DNA from: Candidatus Eiseniibacteriota bacterium
GTDB taxonomy: Bacteria > Eisenbacteria > RBG-16-71-46 > CAIMUX01 > VGJL01
Length of the DNA stretch: 64,000 nucleotides
Direction: 5' to 3'
Assembly: GCA_963792585.1 (NCBI GenBank)
Contig: CAWBWI010000002.1
Coordinates: 32,001 to 96,000, forward strand
A program made the position numbers and the translations under genes. Below the pieces are notes generated by a model. That model was not told where the DNA came from. It saw only the letters and a list, made by a program, of their open reading frames with translations, and ran no database searches. This document shows, piece by piece, positions 11,343-21,347 of the stretch; position 1 is the stretch's first letter; each line of letters opens with the position of its first letter.

Positions 11343-12104
11343 ATGCGATCCGTCCGGGCCGGCGACAGACTTCCGTCCCTGGGCGGCTCCGAAGGTGAAC
11401 CCGGACCCGCACGGGATCCGGGGATTCTCTATCTCATTTCGACCCCGATCGGCAATCTCGAGGACATCTCCCTTCGCGCGATCCGTTGCCTCCGCGAGGT
11501 GGACTGGATCGCCGCCGAGGACACCCGCCACACGGGGATCCTCCTGCGGGAGAACGGGATCTCCCGCCCCATGATCTCGTGTCATGCCCACAACGAGCAC
11601 GAGCGGACCCCGCAGCTCGTTTCCCGGCTCAAGGCGGGGGAGACCGGCGCGCTCGTGACCGACGCGGGGACGCCGGGTATCTCGGATCCTGGCTACTTGC
11701 TGGCCCGCGCGGCGCGCGCCGCCGGCATCAAGATCGAGGTGATTCCGGGCCCCTCGGCGGTCCTGACGGCGCTGCTCGCGAGCGGACTCCCGTGCGAGCG
11801 GTTCTGTTTTCTCGGTTACCCTCCACCGAAGGGAGCAGCCCGGGATCGGTTTCTCGCGGAGACTCTGGGCGCCGGAAGGACCGCCGTTCTCTTCGAATCG
11901 CCCCATCGGATTGCCCGTCTCCTCGAGGAACTCGCGAAGATCGATCCGGAGCGCGAGGTCGCCGTCTGCCGCGAGCTGACCAAGAAGTTCGAGGAGGTCC
12001 TTCGGGGCAGCGCCGCGGCGCTCGCCCGCGAACTCGCGGCGAAGCCGCGTCGCGGAGAGTTCACGGTCGTGATCGCGCACCGCAAGGAAGGGGATCATGC
12101 CTAG
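11343..12104 (+). CDS. rsmI: 16S rRNA (C1402-2'-O)-methyltransferase
   Basis: LYLISTPIGNLEDIS, AEDTR, DAGTPGISDPG, FESPHR, RELTKKFEE. Confidence 0.95.
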   Translation: MRSVRAGDRLPSLGGSEGEPGPARDPGILYLISTPIGNLEDISLRAIRCLREVDWIAAEDTRHTGILLRENGISRPMISCHAHNEHERTPQLVSRLKAGETGALVTDAGTPGISDPGYLLARAARAAGIKIEVIPGPSAVLTALLASGLPCERFCFLGYPPPKGAARDRFLAETLGAGRTAVLFESPHRIARLLEELAKIDPEREVAVCRELTKKFEEVLRGSAAALARELAAKPRRGEFTVVIAHRKEGDHA

Positions 12105-12705
12105 CCGATCGCTGAAGGAGACGACGCGCGCGCTGGCTCTCCCGCTCGGAAGGGGACTTGCGCGCATCGGTTTCACCGCGAACGGCGTTACCCTCATCGG
12201 TCTCCTGTTCGCCTTTGCCGCGGCGGTCGCGATCGCGCGCGACTCGCGGGCCCTCGGGCTCGTCTGCATCGGTGTCAGTTCGCTGTGCGATCTTCTCGAC
12301 GGAGCCGTGGCCCGCGCGGCCACGGGAGGATCGTCGTTCGGCGCCGCGCTCGATTCGGTCGTGGACCGTCTCGGAGAGGCGGCGATCATGGCCGGCGTTC
12401 TGGTCGGGGCCCTCCATCAAGGCGCGCAGGAACGCTACGTCTGGATCTGGTCGGCCGCCCTGACAGCCTCGTTCCTCATCTCCTACGTTCGCGCCCGCGC
12501 GGAGGGGTTGGGCATGCGTTGTGAAGTCGGTCTTCTCGAGCGTCCCGAACGACTCGGATTCCTCGCGATCCTGGCGCTCGTCGGCCCGCGATGGGGCGAG
12601 TGGGTCCTCGCCATCCTGGCCGTCCTCGGAACGTTCACGGTGTTTCAGAGACTCCTGCACGTGCGCAGGCTCTCGCGCGAACGCGGAGCGGGGACCGGAT
12701 CGTGA
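12097..12705 (+). CDS. CDP-alcohol phosphatidyltransferase (PgsA/PIP-synthase-like)
   Basis: DLLDGAVAR...FGAALDSVVDR signature; ISYVRARAE; ERPER. Confidence 0.92.
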   Translation: MPSRSLKETTRALALPLGRGLARIGFTANGVTLIGLLFAFAAAVAIARDSRALGLVCIGVSSLCDLLDGAVARAATGGSSFGAALDSVVDRLGEAAIMAGVLVGALHQGAQERYVWIWSAALTASFLISYVRARAEGLGMRCEVGLLERPERLGFLAILALVGPRWGEWVLAILAVLGTFTVFQRLLHVRRLSRERGAGTGS

Positions 12706-13358
12706 CCCGCCCGCGAGGATCCCGCGGAATCTTCCTCACCTTCGAGGGGATCGAGGGGTGCGGGAAGTCGACCCAGATCCTGAAGCTGGCCGAGTTCTTT
12801 CGCGCCCGCGGGCGTTCCGTTCTGACCGTGCGCGAGCCGGGGGGCACCGAACTAGGCGAGTCGCTTCGGACGATCCTGCTCGCGGTCGGGGGAGAGGGGA
12901 TCGATCCGCGCGCCGAGCTCTTTCTCTACCTCGCCTCGCGCGCCCAACTCGTCGAGCGGGTGGTTCGGCCCGCGCTCGAGGCGGGTACGGTCGTTCTCGC
13001 GGACCGCTACGGCGACGCTTCGGTCGCCTATCAGGGCGGCGGGCGCCGACTCGGGCCGGCGGAGGTCGGCAAGCTCGTGACCTTCGCAACCCGCGGCCTC
13101 GTCCCCTCGAGAACCTATCTGATCGATCTTGCGCCCGAGGTCAGCCTCGCGCGGGTCCGTTCGCGCGGCGTGCCGGATCGGCTCGAGGCCGAAGAGCTTC
13201 CATTCCATCGGAGGGTGCGCGCCGCGTATCGTGCGATCGCCCGCGCGGAGCCCGGGCGGGTGCGCCGCATCGATGGGACCCGCTCGGTCGACGAGATCGC
13301 CGGGCGAATCCAACGCGACGTCGCCGCCCTCATCGCCCGATCCCCGCGTCGCGCCTGA
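12702..13358 (+). CDS. tmk: Thymidylate kinase
   Basis: TFEGIEGCGKSTQ, REPGGT, DRY..S.AYQG; GTGA overlap with the upstream stop. Confidence 0.95.
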   Translation: MTRPRGSRGIFLTFEGIEGCGKSTQILKLAEFFRARGRSVLTVREPGGTELGESLRTILLAVGGEGIDPRAELFLYLASRAQLVERVVRPALEAGTVVLADRYGDASVAYQGGGRRLGPAEVGKLVTFATRGLVPSRTYLIDLAPEVSLARVRSRGVPDRLEAEELPFHRRVRAAYRAIARAEPGRVRRIDGTRSVDEIAGRIQRDVAALIARSPRRA

Positions 13359-13375
13359 AAGAGGAGGACTCGAAG

Positions 13376-14590
13376 ATGCGCGGGTACATCGATCTCTGGA
13401 CCGGTCTTTCGGGCGACATGATGGTCGGCGCGCTTCTCGATGCCGGCTGGCCGGAGGGGGCGATGCGGGCCGTACTCGACCAGATCCCGCTAAGGGATGC
13501 GCGCGTCACCGTCGAGATGCGCAAGCAGCACTCGCTCCACGGCAAGGGCATCCGTGTGGAAGCGCAGGGAGAGCCTCCCGCGCGGCCGTATTCCGAGATT
13601 CGACGGCTTCTCGCGACCTCCGGCCTCGAACCCGCAGTTCGGACGAAGACGCTGGAGATGTTCCACCGCCTGGCGGTGGTCGAAGGGCGCATGCACGGCT
13701 GCGAGCCCGATCAGGTCCACTTCCACGAACTGGGCGCGATCGACTCGATCGTGGACATCGTGCTCACGGTGGCCGGCCTTGCTGGGCTCGGGATCGACGA
13801 GCTCTTCTGCGGTCCCGTACCGTTGAGTCGCGGGGAGATCACCACTGCTCACGGGAAACTCCCGGTTCCCACGCCCGCCACCCTGCTCCTTCTCGAGGGA
13901 TTGCCGATCCGCTGGCTGGAGATCGAGGGCGAGTGGCTGACCCCCACGGGCGCTCTGATCCTCGCGGGGCTGGTCGATCGGTTCGGTCCTCCTCCCGAAA
14001 TGCGTCTGCGCGCGGTCGGGATCGGGGCTGGAACCCGCCACTCTCCCGATCGAGCCAACATCGTTCGGCTGCTCCTCGGCGAGGACGAAGCCCCGGCGAC
14101 CGAGAGTATCGGGTGGGTCTCGGTGCTCGAGGCGACGATCGACGACCAGGATCCCCGGCACGAGGCGGAGGCGGTCCAGCGGATCGAGGAGGCGGGCGCC
14201 CTGGATGTTCACCGAATCCCGGTATCGATGAAGAAGGGGCGTCTCGGGACCCTCTTCACGGTGATCTGCCGGCCCGACCAAGAACAGATGATCGGTACCA
14301 TCCTCTTGCGGGAAACCACGTCCCTGGGCATCCGCATCCGGCGAGAGTTCCGACGCGAACTCGAGCGCTGGACCCGGACGGTCTCGACCCCGTTCGGCCC
14401 CGTGCGCATCAAGTGGAGTCGCCCGGACGGGAGGGACCGCCCGATGGCGGAGTTCGAGGACCTGCGCGCCCGGGCGGCCGAAGCCGGCGTCCCGATCCGC
14501 GAGGTCGAACGGGCCGCCCTGAGGGAGGCCGAATCCGCAGGCGGTTCGGATCCCACTCCGACCGGAGCTAAGAAGCCCCCAGCGCATTGA
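13376..14590 (+). CDS. larC: Nickel pincer cofactor biosynthesis protein LarC
   Basis: GLSGDM, VHFHELGAIDSIVDI, PVPTPAT, TPTGA, MKKGR, ETTSLGIR; GAGGAGG RBS. Confidence 0.92.
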   Translation: MRGYIDLWTGLSGDMMVGALLDAGWPEGAMRAVLDQIPLRDARVTVEMRKQHSLHGKGIRVEAQGEPPARPYSEIRRLLATSGLEPAVRTKTLEMFHRLAVVEGRMHGCEPDQVHFHELGAIDSIVDIVLTVAGLAGLGIDELFCGPVPLSRGEITTAHGKLPVPTPATLLLLEGLPIRWLEIEGEWLTPTGALILAGLVDRFGPPPEMRLRAVGIGAGTRHSPDRANIVRLLLGEDEAPATESIGWVSVLEATIDDQDPRHEAEAVQRIEEAGALDVHRIPVSMKKGRLGTLFTVICRPDQEQMIGTILLRETTSLGIRIRREFRRELERWTRTVSTPFGPVRIKWSRPDGRDRPMAEFEDLRARAAEAGVPIREVERAALREAESAGGSDPTPTGAKKPPAH

Positions 14591-14594
14591 CTGG

Positions 14595-14623
14595 TTGACA
14601 GTTCCAGGGTGCGTTCCTATACT
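14595..14623 (+). promoter_or_regulatory. Near-consensus sigma70 promoter
   Basis: TTGACA-17 nt-TATACT. Confidence 0.8.
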
Positions 14624-14629
14624 CCTAGC

Positions 14630-15053
14630 AGGCTGACCTACCAGACAGGGCTCTAGAGGACATCTCGAGAAAGACTTCTGTGGAGCAAACGGTCCCCCCA
14701 TCCAGGCAGAGCGGAATCCTGCCGTTGAGCAGGCGTCCGCGGAATGCCGACCGGAACCGTCCCGGCACGCAGTGCGACGCGCTGCTCACCGGGACTTGGG
14801 ACTGATCCGAGAGCCAGTCGTTCCGATTTCCGTCGAGGAGAACGGGTACGATACCGGGGAGGTGATGCGAGTCCGTTGCATCGGTACGTGAGGGGAGGAT
14901 GAGGACGCGGACCCGGGTGTCGTCAAAACCCAAAATCCCGTTCTACCATCGTCCCCACCACTTAGGATGTTCGCGCGGAGGATCTGCTTCCCACTAGCAG
15001 CGAGAGGCGGAACCCTCTGAAGTTCACTCAAGGAGAGACGGAGGCACGTTATC
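14630..15053 (+). ncRNA. Candidate ~420-nt structured 5' leader / cis-regulatory RNA
   Basis: No credible ORF between promoter and ATG 15054; many nested inverted repeats. Confidence 0.4.
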
Positions 15054-18000
15054 ATGAGGCGTACTCTTCCCATCTTGATCGGCCTTTTGGTCGTGACAGT
15101 GGTCTCTGCCTTCGCGGCGGTCTCGGGGAACCTGATTCTCCCTCGGGAACGCGCGCATATGAAGGGCGAGCTCTGGAACGATATTCCGGTCAACAATACG
15201 ACGGGGGTTCGCGCTGATACGGTTTGGTACGGCGACTACCAGATCATCGGCGGCGAATACTATGCCCGTTCGCTCTTGAACGATAAGAACGGTATCAAGT
15301 GGACCTTTGACCGCGGGAATGGCCCGATTAACCCGCCCGCCCCTCTCATCCACAATGGTGAGGGTTTCGTGAGGCGCGACCTGACGGCGAACACCGCGAC
15401 CTACTTCCGGGTCATCGACAACACGCTGAACCTGGGTGTCGGCGTTCCGGCGCCGATCATCACAGGCTCCAGGAGCCTCTGGGTCGGCGCGGACAAGCCG
15501 CAGGCGGATGCGCTCTGCTGGACCTGCGGCGCCGGCTACGGCAACGCTTGGTGTCAGCGCGTCAGTTCGCCGCCGCTTGCCTACAACGGCACCGGCGACG
15601 TGAACCTGAGCTTCAAGTACTTCATCAAGGCCGAGCCGTGCTTCGACGGCACGCAGGTGTACCTGCGGCGCACGGACAACACCGAAGTGCTCCTGAACCC
15701 GTATCCGCCCCAGACGTGCACGAACAACCTGCCGTGGGAAGGGGGCTTCACGGACTCGATCGGTGCCTACAACGCGCCGGCCACCTACACGCGGTCGATC
15801 ACCTCGGGTGAAATCGGCGGCGCTCAGAACGTCAGAATCATCTTCGAGTTCCTGTCCGACGGCGGCTGGTCCGACGAGGATGGCGATTACTGCACGATCT
15901 GGGGTCCGATGTCGCTCGATGATCTCTCGATCGTCGGTGGCGGTATCAACGTGACCGAGGGTTGGGAAGGCGGCCTCAACGGCTGGACTCCGGGCCTTTG
16001 CGATCCCGTTGGGGACTATATCAACGTCGTCGACGTGGGTGCCTACACAATCCTCGACCCCTGCGCCTGCAAGCTCGCGGGCAACATCGTCGAAATGCAC
16101 GACGGTCTTGGTGATCAGGGCACTCACCCAGTCACACAGCACGCTTGGATCGAGAGCCCCATCTGCGACCTGGGCAACTCGGATGTGAAGACGATCTTCA
16201 TGGAATTTGACATCTATGGGGAAATTCCAACTGAGGATGGCGTAGCATTCAGGCCAGGCTGGAGTTACTACCCGTTCACCTGCGTTGAGACAGGCGTGCA
16301 GGGCTGGTCGGGCCGTGTGGGACAGAACACCTACAACTACATCGGCGCCGACCCGGTCTGCTATACCGCTCGTTACGGCGGCACCGACCTCGGAATCGCG
16401 GGCACGCCGGTTCCGAACACCTCCCGGTACGTTCGGTTGATCATGGAGTTGCTATCTGACTGCGCTGCCTTCACGATCGATCCGTGCTCGAACGTCACCA
16501 ACAAGACCCCGCTCTTCGACAACTTTGCGGTGGGTGTGACCACGGGTCGGCTCGCGCCAATCATCAACTTCGATACCGGCGGAACGTTCCAGGACGTGGG
16601 TTCCTACCCGAGCACCGCGTTCGATCCTCGCGCCGCCGGTCCGGCCAACATCACCCGTGATACGTACATGGACAATGCCGCGAAGCCCGATCTCTGCGGA
16701 GACAGCCTCATCGTCACGGGTCCGATCCCCTCGCCCTCCGATCCGAACACCCGCTGGGACGCTCGGATGTGGTGGCGCGTGGCGAAGCGGTCTCCGTTCA
16801 ACTCCGACCGGGCGAACAACGCCGACACCCGGTACAAGACCTGGAAGGACAGGGTCGCCGACGGCAAGCTGATCGACCGTCCGTACAGGCCGCAGTTCAC
16901 ATTCGGCTGGATGGACTCTCAGCAGGTCGGATTCGTGGTCACCCGGAACAACGTTCATCTCCACGTTCCGCGAGAACGACGATGACTTCGTTGCCGAGGG
17001 GAACCCCGAAACGAGATGATCTCGGACGATGTTCTGTTCCGGGCAGCCGGATCGAGTACTTCTTCACCTCGAACTACTTCGCGACCCCGAACAACCTCTA
17101 CTACCTGCCGGACACGACGGGCGGGAACTTCTTCGAGTTCGAGGTTCTGCCGGGTGTCGGACCGCGAACGTGAACGTGCGGCGGCACAGGATTCAACTAC
17201 TGCGCCTTCCATCCGGCGACGCTCTTCATCGACGCCCGAAATTCCGGCGTGCAGTTCTTCATCGAGAACGCTCTGCGGACGATCTTGAACGGTATCGATC
17301 CGTGCCTCGAAGAGGATGGATGCATGATTCCGTACGACCGGAACTGGGACCGTTACGACGTGCTCGACGGCTCCTCGAACTGGAACGCCGGATTTGCGCG
17401 CGGCGCCGTCGCTGGCAGCAACAACGGAATGACCCTGAACCAGATCCTCGGCTACAGGGCCATCCTGCTCAGCACGGGTGACTACGGTGGCGGAGCCATG
17501 GAAGAGACGGACTACCAGCTGTTCGACCAGTGGCTGATCTCCCCGCTCTGCAACTCGAACGTCAACCGCCAGGTCTTCGTCTTCAACGGAGACAAGGTGG
17601 GTGAGGTTCTGAGAACCCCTTGGTCACTCGGCTACGGTCTGTCGTTCCTGAACAACACGCTCGCCGCGACGCTCTTCTGCGACGCGTTCAACGGAGTGTC
17701 CTCGGACCCCGATTGCGCGCCTCCGACGACGGAGCTACTGCGTGCGCTTGCTCCAGACGGGCGGTTCGTTCCCGACCCAGATCGACGTGGATGCGTACGG
17801 CAGCTGGTGCCCGAACCTCTACGGGTTCAACGTCTACGACTTGCAGGGTGGCACGGGCAACCGGTCTACCTCACCGAAGAGGGCGACAAGTCGCGGTCTA
17901 CGGGCAGGTCACGAACACCAACGTCCCTTCGAACTATCGCACGGTGCTCGACGGTGTGAGCTGTCACCACATGACGCGGCGGAATGCGGGCGGCAGCGGT

Positions 18001-18468
18001 CTCGACAAGTGCCCGCGGGATACCCCGTCCGTCGTGGCCGGTTCGTTGAGTGAAATCGGTGCGGCGATGAAGTGGGGCTTCGATGTCGCCGACTACGGCG
18101 GCATCCCGAAGCTGACCAGCGTGAAGGTTCTGGCGACGTGCCAGAGCACGTGGGGTCTGCCTGCGGACGTCGGCGACAACGCGTCGACCTTGGTGAACCG
18201 TCTCTACCAGAACGAGCCGAACCCGTTCAGCCCGAGGACGACGATCAAGTTCAGCCTGGCCCAGAGCGGTCCGGTGCAGGTCTTGATCTACGACGTCAAC
18301 GGGCGGCAGGTGAAGACGCTCGAGGACGGCAACCTTGCCGCCGGTCCTCACACGCTGGTCTGGGACGGCACCAACAACGACGGCCATCACGTCGGTTCGG
18401 GTGTCTACTGGAGCCAGATGAAGGCCGGCTCGTTCGTCTCCAACAAGAAGATGGTCGTCCTGAAGTAG
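15054..18468 (+). CDS. Large secreted Cys-rich protein with C-terminal FlgD-Ig/T9SS-like domain; several frameshifts in ~16950-17900
   Basis: Signal peptide; coding pieces continue across frames; ends QNEPNPFSPRTTIKFSL...WDG...SGVYW...KKMVVLK. Confidence 0.85.
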
Positions 18469-18494
18469 GACCATTCTCTTGTCGAACGCACTGG

Positions 18495-18522
18495 GGCCCC
18501 CGGCGCAAGCCGGGGGCCTTCG
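18495..18522 (+). terminator. Intrinsic terminator-like hairpin
   Basis: GGCCCCCGGC-GCAA-GCCGGGGGCC then TTCG. Confidence 0.7.
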
Positions 18523-18587
18523 TGCTGGGGCGCTCCAACCGAATCTCGCGTTGACTTCGGCCGTAGGCTTGTGACCTGCTATCGGGC

Positions 18588-19544
18588 ATGAGCCTCGGTC
18601 GATTCGCCACCTGTTGCGTTGCGATCCTCATTGGATCCGGGAATGCCTTGGCCGCTCCGCCGAGCGATCTCGACGGCGCAATCGAACGTGCGACCGGGTG
18701 GCTCGGCGGTGTCCGTGTCGATCCGTTCGCTGGCGCTCCGCTCGATCTCCGGCTGTTCACCGTCGAGGCTGAAGCGTGGCATCGACTCGCCGCGACCGAG
18801 TCCGACCCCACGAGCAGATCCCGCTTCGAGGAGGAGACGCTGGTACGGCTCCGCCGGGCCCAGGACGAAGCGCGGCTCGAGAGAATCCTCTCGATGCCCG
18901 AAGGCTCGACGGTCTTCAGCGAGTTGGTCGTGCTCGCCGCCCGGTGCCGGGAGCACGGGATCGATCCTGAGCCGATCCGAAAGGTCCTTCAGAACCACCT
19001 CGAGGCCCTGGTGGCAGAGGCGCGCCGGGCGCCTCCCTCGATCGGGGCGTTGTATGCCGCCTACCTTCCAAAGGCGGGGATCGAATCGCCGCTCGCCGCC
19101 GCCGAGTTCCGGACTCGCGGGATGCTCTCCCGCCGTCCTGCGGAAGTCGGCCTGGGACTGGCCGATGTCTATTATCTGACCCACGAGATCTTCGCCGACT
19201 GCGATTACGGATTGAGCCAGCTGCGTCCGACGACTACGGCGGAGCGGGCCTATCTCCTGCGGGTGCTCCCTTTCTATGCCCTCCTGTACGCGGGACTCGG
19301 CAATCTCGACATCCTGGGGGAGTTGCTGGTCTGTCTCCACGCGGCCGGAATGCGCGATACCTATGGGTACCGAGAGGGAGTGCGCATCCTGCTCGAGCGG
19401 CAAAACCCGGACGGCAGCTTTGGATCGCCGGACGCGCGGAGACTCGGACGGGCCGTTGGTCCGGCGGACTACCTGCACCCGACGATGAACGGGCTCACCG
19501 CCCTCCTCCTGGAACAACGGTCCGTGCGATCGGGGGCTCCATAG
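18588..19544 (+). CDS. Exported alpha/alpha-toroid protein (DUF6895 / prenyltransferase-repeat-like)
   Basis: Signal peptide; YYLTHEIF, DILGELL, LLERQNPDGSFG, YLHPT. Confidence 0.55.
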   Translation: MSLGRFATCCVAILIGSGNALAAPPSDLDGAIERATGWLGGVRVDPFAGAPLDLRLFTVEAEAWHRLAATESDPTSRSRFEEETLVRLRRAQDEARLERILSMPEGSTVFSELVVLAARCREHGIDPEPIRKVLQNHLEALVAEARRAPPSIGALYAAYLPKAGIESPLAAAEFRTRGMLSRRPAEVGLGLADVYYLTHEIFADCDYGLSQLRPTTTAERAYLLRVLPFYALLYAGLGNLDILGELLVCLHAAGMRDTYGYREGVRILLERQNPDGSFGSPDARRLGRAVGPADYLHPTMNGLTALLLEQRSVRSGAP

Positions 19545-19646
19545 ACGGGCGGAACCCTCTATCGTGAGGATTTCCCGGAGGCGCGAACAGGGGGCCGAAG
19601 GGACCAGGTGGGGCCCAGGCCGGCCCTTTCCGATGTTCCGGAACGA

Positions 19647-19675
19647 TTGACACCCGACGGGACGAGTCCTACCAT
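19647..19675 (+). promoter_or_regulatory. Sigma70 promoter
   Basis: TTGACA-17 nt-TACCAT. Confidence 0.75.
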
Positions 19676-19711
19676 GGCTTCGATGGTCGGGGTTGGTCCT
19701 GGGGTCTGGGG

Positions 19712-21319
19712 GTGGTATGTCCGCTCGCCGAGTTCCTGCCGGCGTTTCAGTTCTTCGTACTGTTCAACTCGGTTTTGTCGGCGTTGGTGGCGCTCGCCTC
19801 GCTCTGGGGTCTGCTCGGCGGATGCCGTGAGCAGACCACCGCGCCGATTGACCGGAATGGCGCGCCCGAGACGTTTCTGACGTCTGCGCCGGGCGACAGC
19901 CAGACGACATTCTACTGGGTCGCCATGCGCTGGTCGGGGGCCGATCGGGACGGCGCCGTCGTCGCCTACGAGGTCGCGACAACCGAGTCGTTGCCGAACG
20001 TCGAGAGGATCGAGTGGACGCGGACGCGGCGCACGGACAGCCTGATTGTCTTCCCGGTCGAGGAGTCGCGCGAGGTGCTCGGACACAGGTTCTACGTGCG
20101 ATCCATCGACAATGAGGGCAAGCTCGACCCGACGCCCGCCTGGGTGTTCTTCGGAGTGCGCGACAACGTTCCCCCCACGGTCACATTCAGCCGCGCAGAA
20201 GCCTACGGCCCAGGCGGAGAAGTGCGTCCACTCACCTCGGAGAACCCCGACCAGCCGACGGACACGATCTCCACGGGTTGGGGCGTGCGATTCAGCTGGT
20301 CCGGGTCCGACGCGGATGTGGCCTATGGAAGCGACGGGCAGCTCGTGAGGATCGGTAGCGTCGCGAAGTTCCTCCACCGGCTCATTCCAGTCGAGTCCCA
20401 GTATCTCGGGGGGACCCTGAGCGACACCGCGGCCGTGTATCCGCCCGAATTCTTCGATCGAATCCGCACGGGAAGCGTCTACGCGTTCAGCACGCGGGCA
20501 ATCGACGATGCGGGTCTTTCCGGAAGCGGCACGGCGACGCGAAGCTTTGTCTGGAATCGAGACCCCGTGACGAAGTTCCGTCGCTGCCTCCACGATGGAA
20601 CCGGCGACTCCCTGAAGTGCTTCACCGTTTCCGGCGAGACGCACTTCGAGGGCGACACGCTGCCCCTGCCCAGGGACGTCGGGGCGCCCTACCCAACGGC
20701 CATCTTCACGGCGTCCGGATACGATCCGGACCCGGTCTCGTCGGGGGATTACACCGTGAAGGCTCTGGAATGGCGATTCACGACCGGCGTCGTCCTTCCC
20801 CAATGGACGCAGTTCGCCGCCGGCGAGCCTTTGACCATGAGCGAATTGCGGGGCGGGGACTACATGACCATGGCCCGTGCAACCGATCAGCTCGATCGGG
20901 TCGAAGGCACTCCGGACACGGTCAGGTTCTACGTCAATATCTCCCCGCGGTTCGTGACGCGGGTCGAGGATGTGGGTTTCGTTCAATCTCCCTTGCCGGG
21001 GCAGTCATTCCCCCTCTCCGAGGTCGGAGACAGCCTTCTCTTCCGGTTCTGGATCGAGAATCCGGATGCGGCGTTCTCGGAGAAGGTCATGATCTCATAC
21101 CGATTCGACAGCGAGAACGAAGCCTTCTATCGCGGGGCGAAACTCCGGATTTCCGGGCGCGCCGACAGCATGAAGATCGCGCCCGAAGGCGGTCGCGTAT
21201 TCAGCGCGAAGCCCTATGTCCTCCGGGTGAAGGTGGAAGACAATGCCCAGACGGGTGGCTCCGACCGCGGCGCCCGGGTCATCAACCGGATCATCCCTTT
21301 CATCATTACTGAGGGTTGA
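19712..21319 (+). CDS. Lipoprotein with repeated Fn3/Ig-like beta domains
   Basis: Lipobox LLGGC; WSGADRDG, HRFYVRSIDNEG..DPTPA, RAIDDAG; start uncertain. Confidence 0.7.
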   Translation: MVCPLAEFLPAFQFFVLFNSVLSALVALASLWGLLGGCREQTTAPIDRNGAPETFLTSAPGDSQTTFYWVAMRWSGADRDGAVVAYEVATTESLPNVERIEWTRTRRTDSLIVFPVEESREVLGHRFYVRSIDNEGKLDPTPAWVFFGVRDNVPPTVTFSRAEAYGPGGEVRPLTSENPDQPTDTISTGWGVRFSWSGSDADVAYGSDGQLVRIGSVAKFLHRLIPVESQYLGGTLSDTAAVYPPEFFDRIRTGSVYAFSTRAIDDAGLSGSGTATRSFVWNRDPVTKFRRCLHDGTGDSLKCFTVSGETHFEGDTLPLPRDVGAPYPTAIFTASGYDPDPVSSGDYTVKALEWRFTTGVVLPQWTQFAAGEPLTMSELRGGDYMTMARATDQLDRVEGTPDTVRFYVNISPRFVTRVEDVGFVQSPLPGQSFPLSEVGDSLLFRFWIENPDAAFSEKVMISYRFDSENEAFYRGAKLRISGRADSMKIAPEGGRVFSAKPYVLRVKVEDNAQTGGSDRGARVINRIIPFIITEG

Positions 21320-21347
21320 AGCCTCGGGGTTCAGAGGAGATCCTGCA

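Noticed and set aside
14630..15053. Known riboswitch (cobalamin, c-di-GMP, c-di-AMP, glycine) or RNase P in the leader
   Set aside because: The diagnostic conserved motifs were not found by eye; left as an unknown structured leader.
18139..18165. CQSTWGLP in the large secreted protein as a third STWG tail
   Set aside because: Internal, lacks the V-K-x-LYR part and is followed by a full CTD; probably coincidental.
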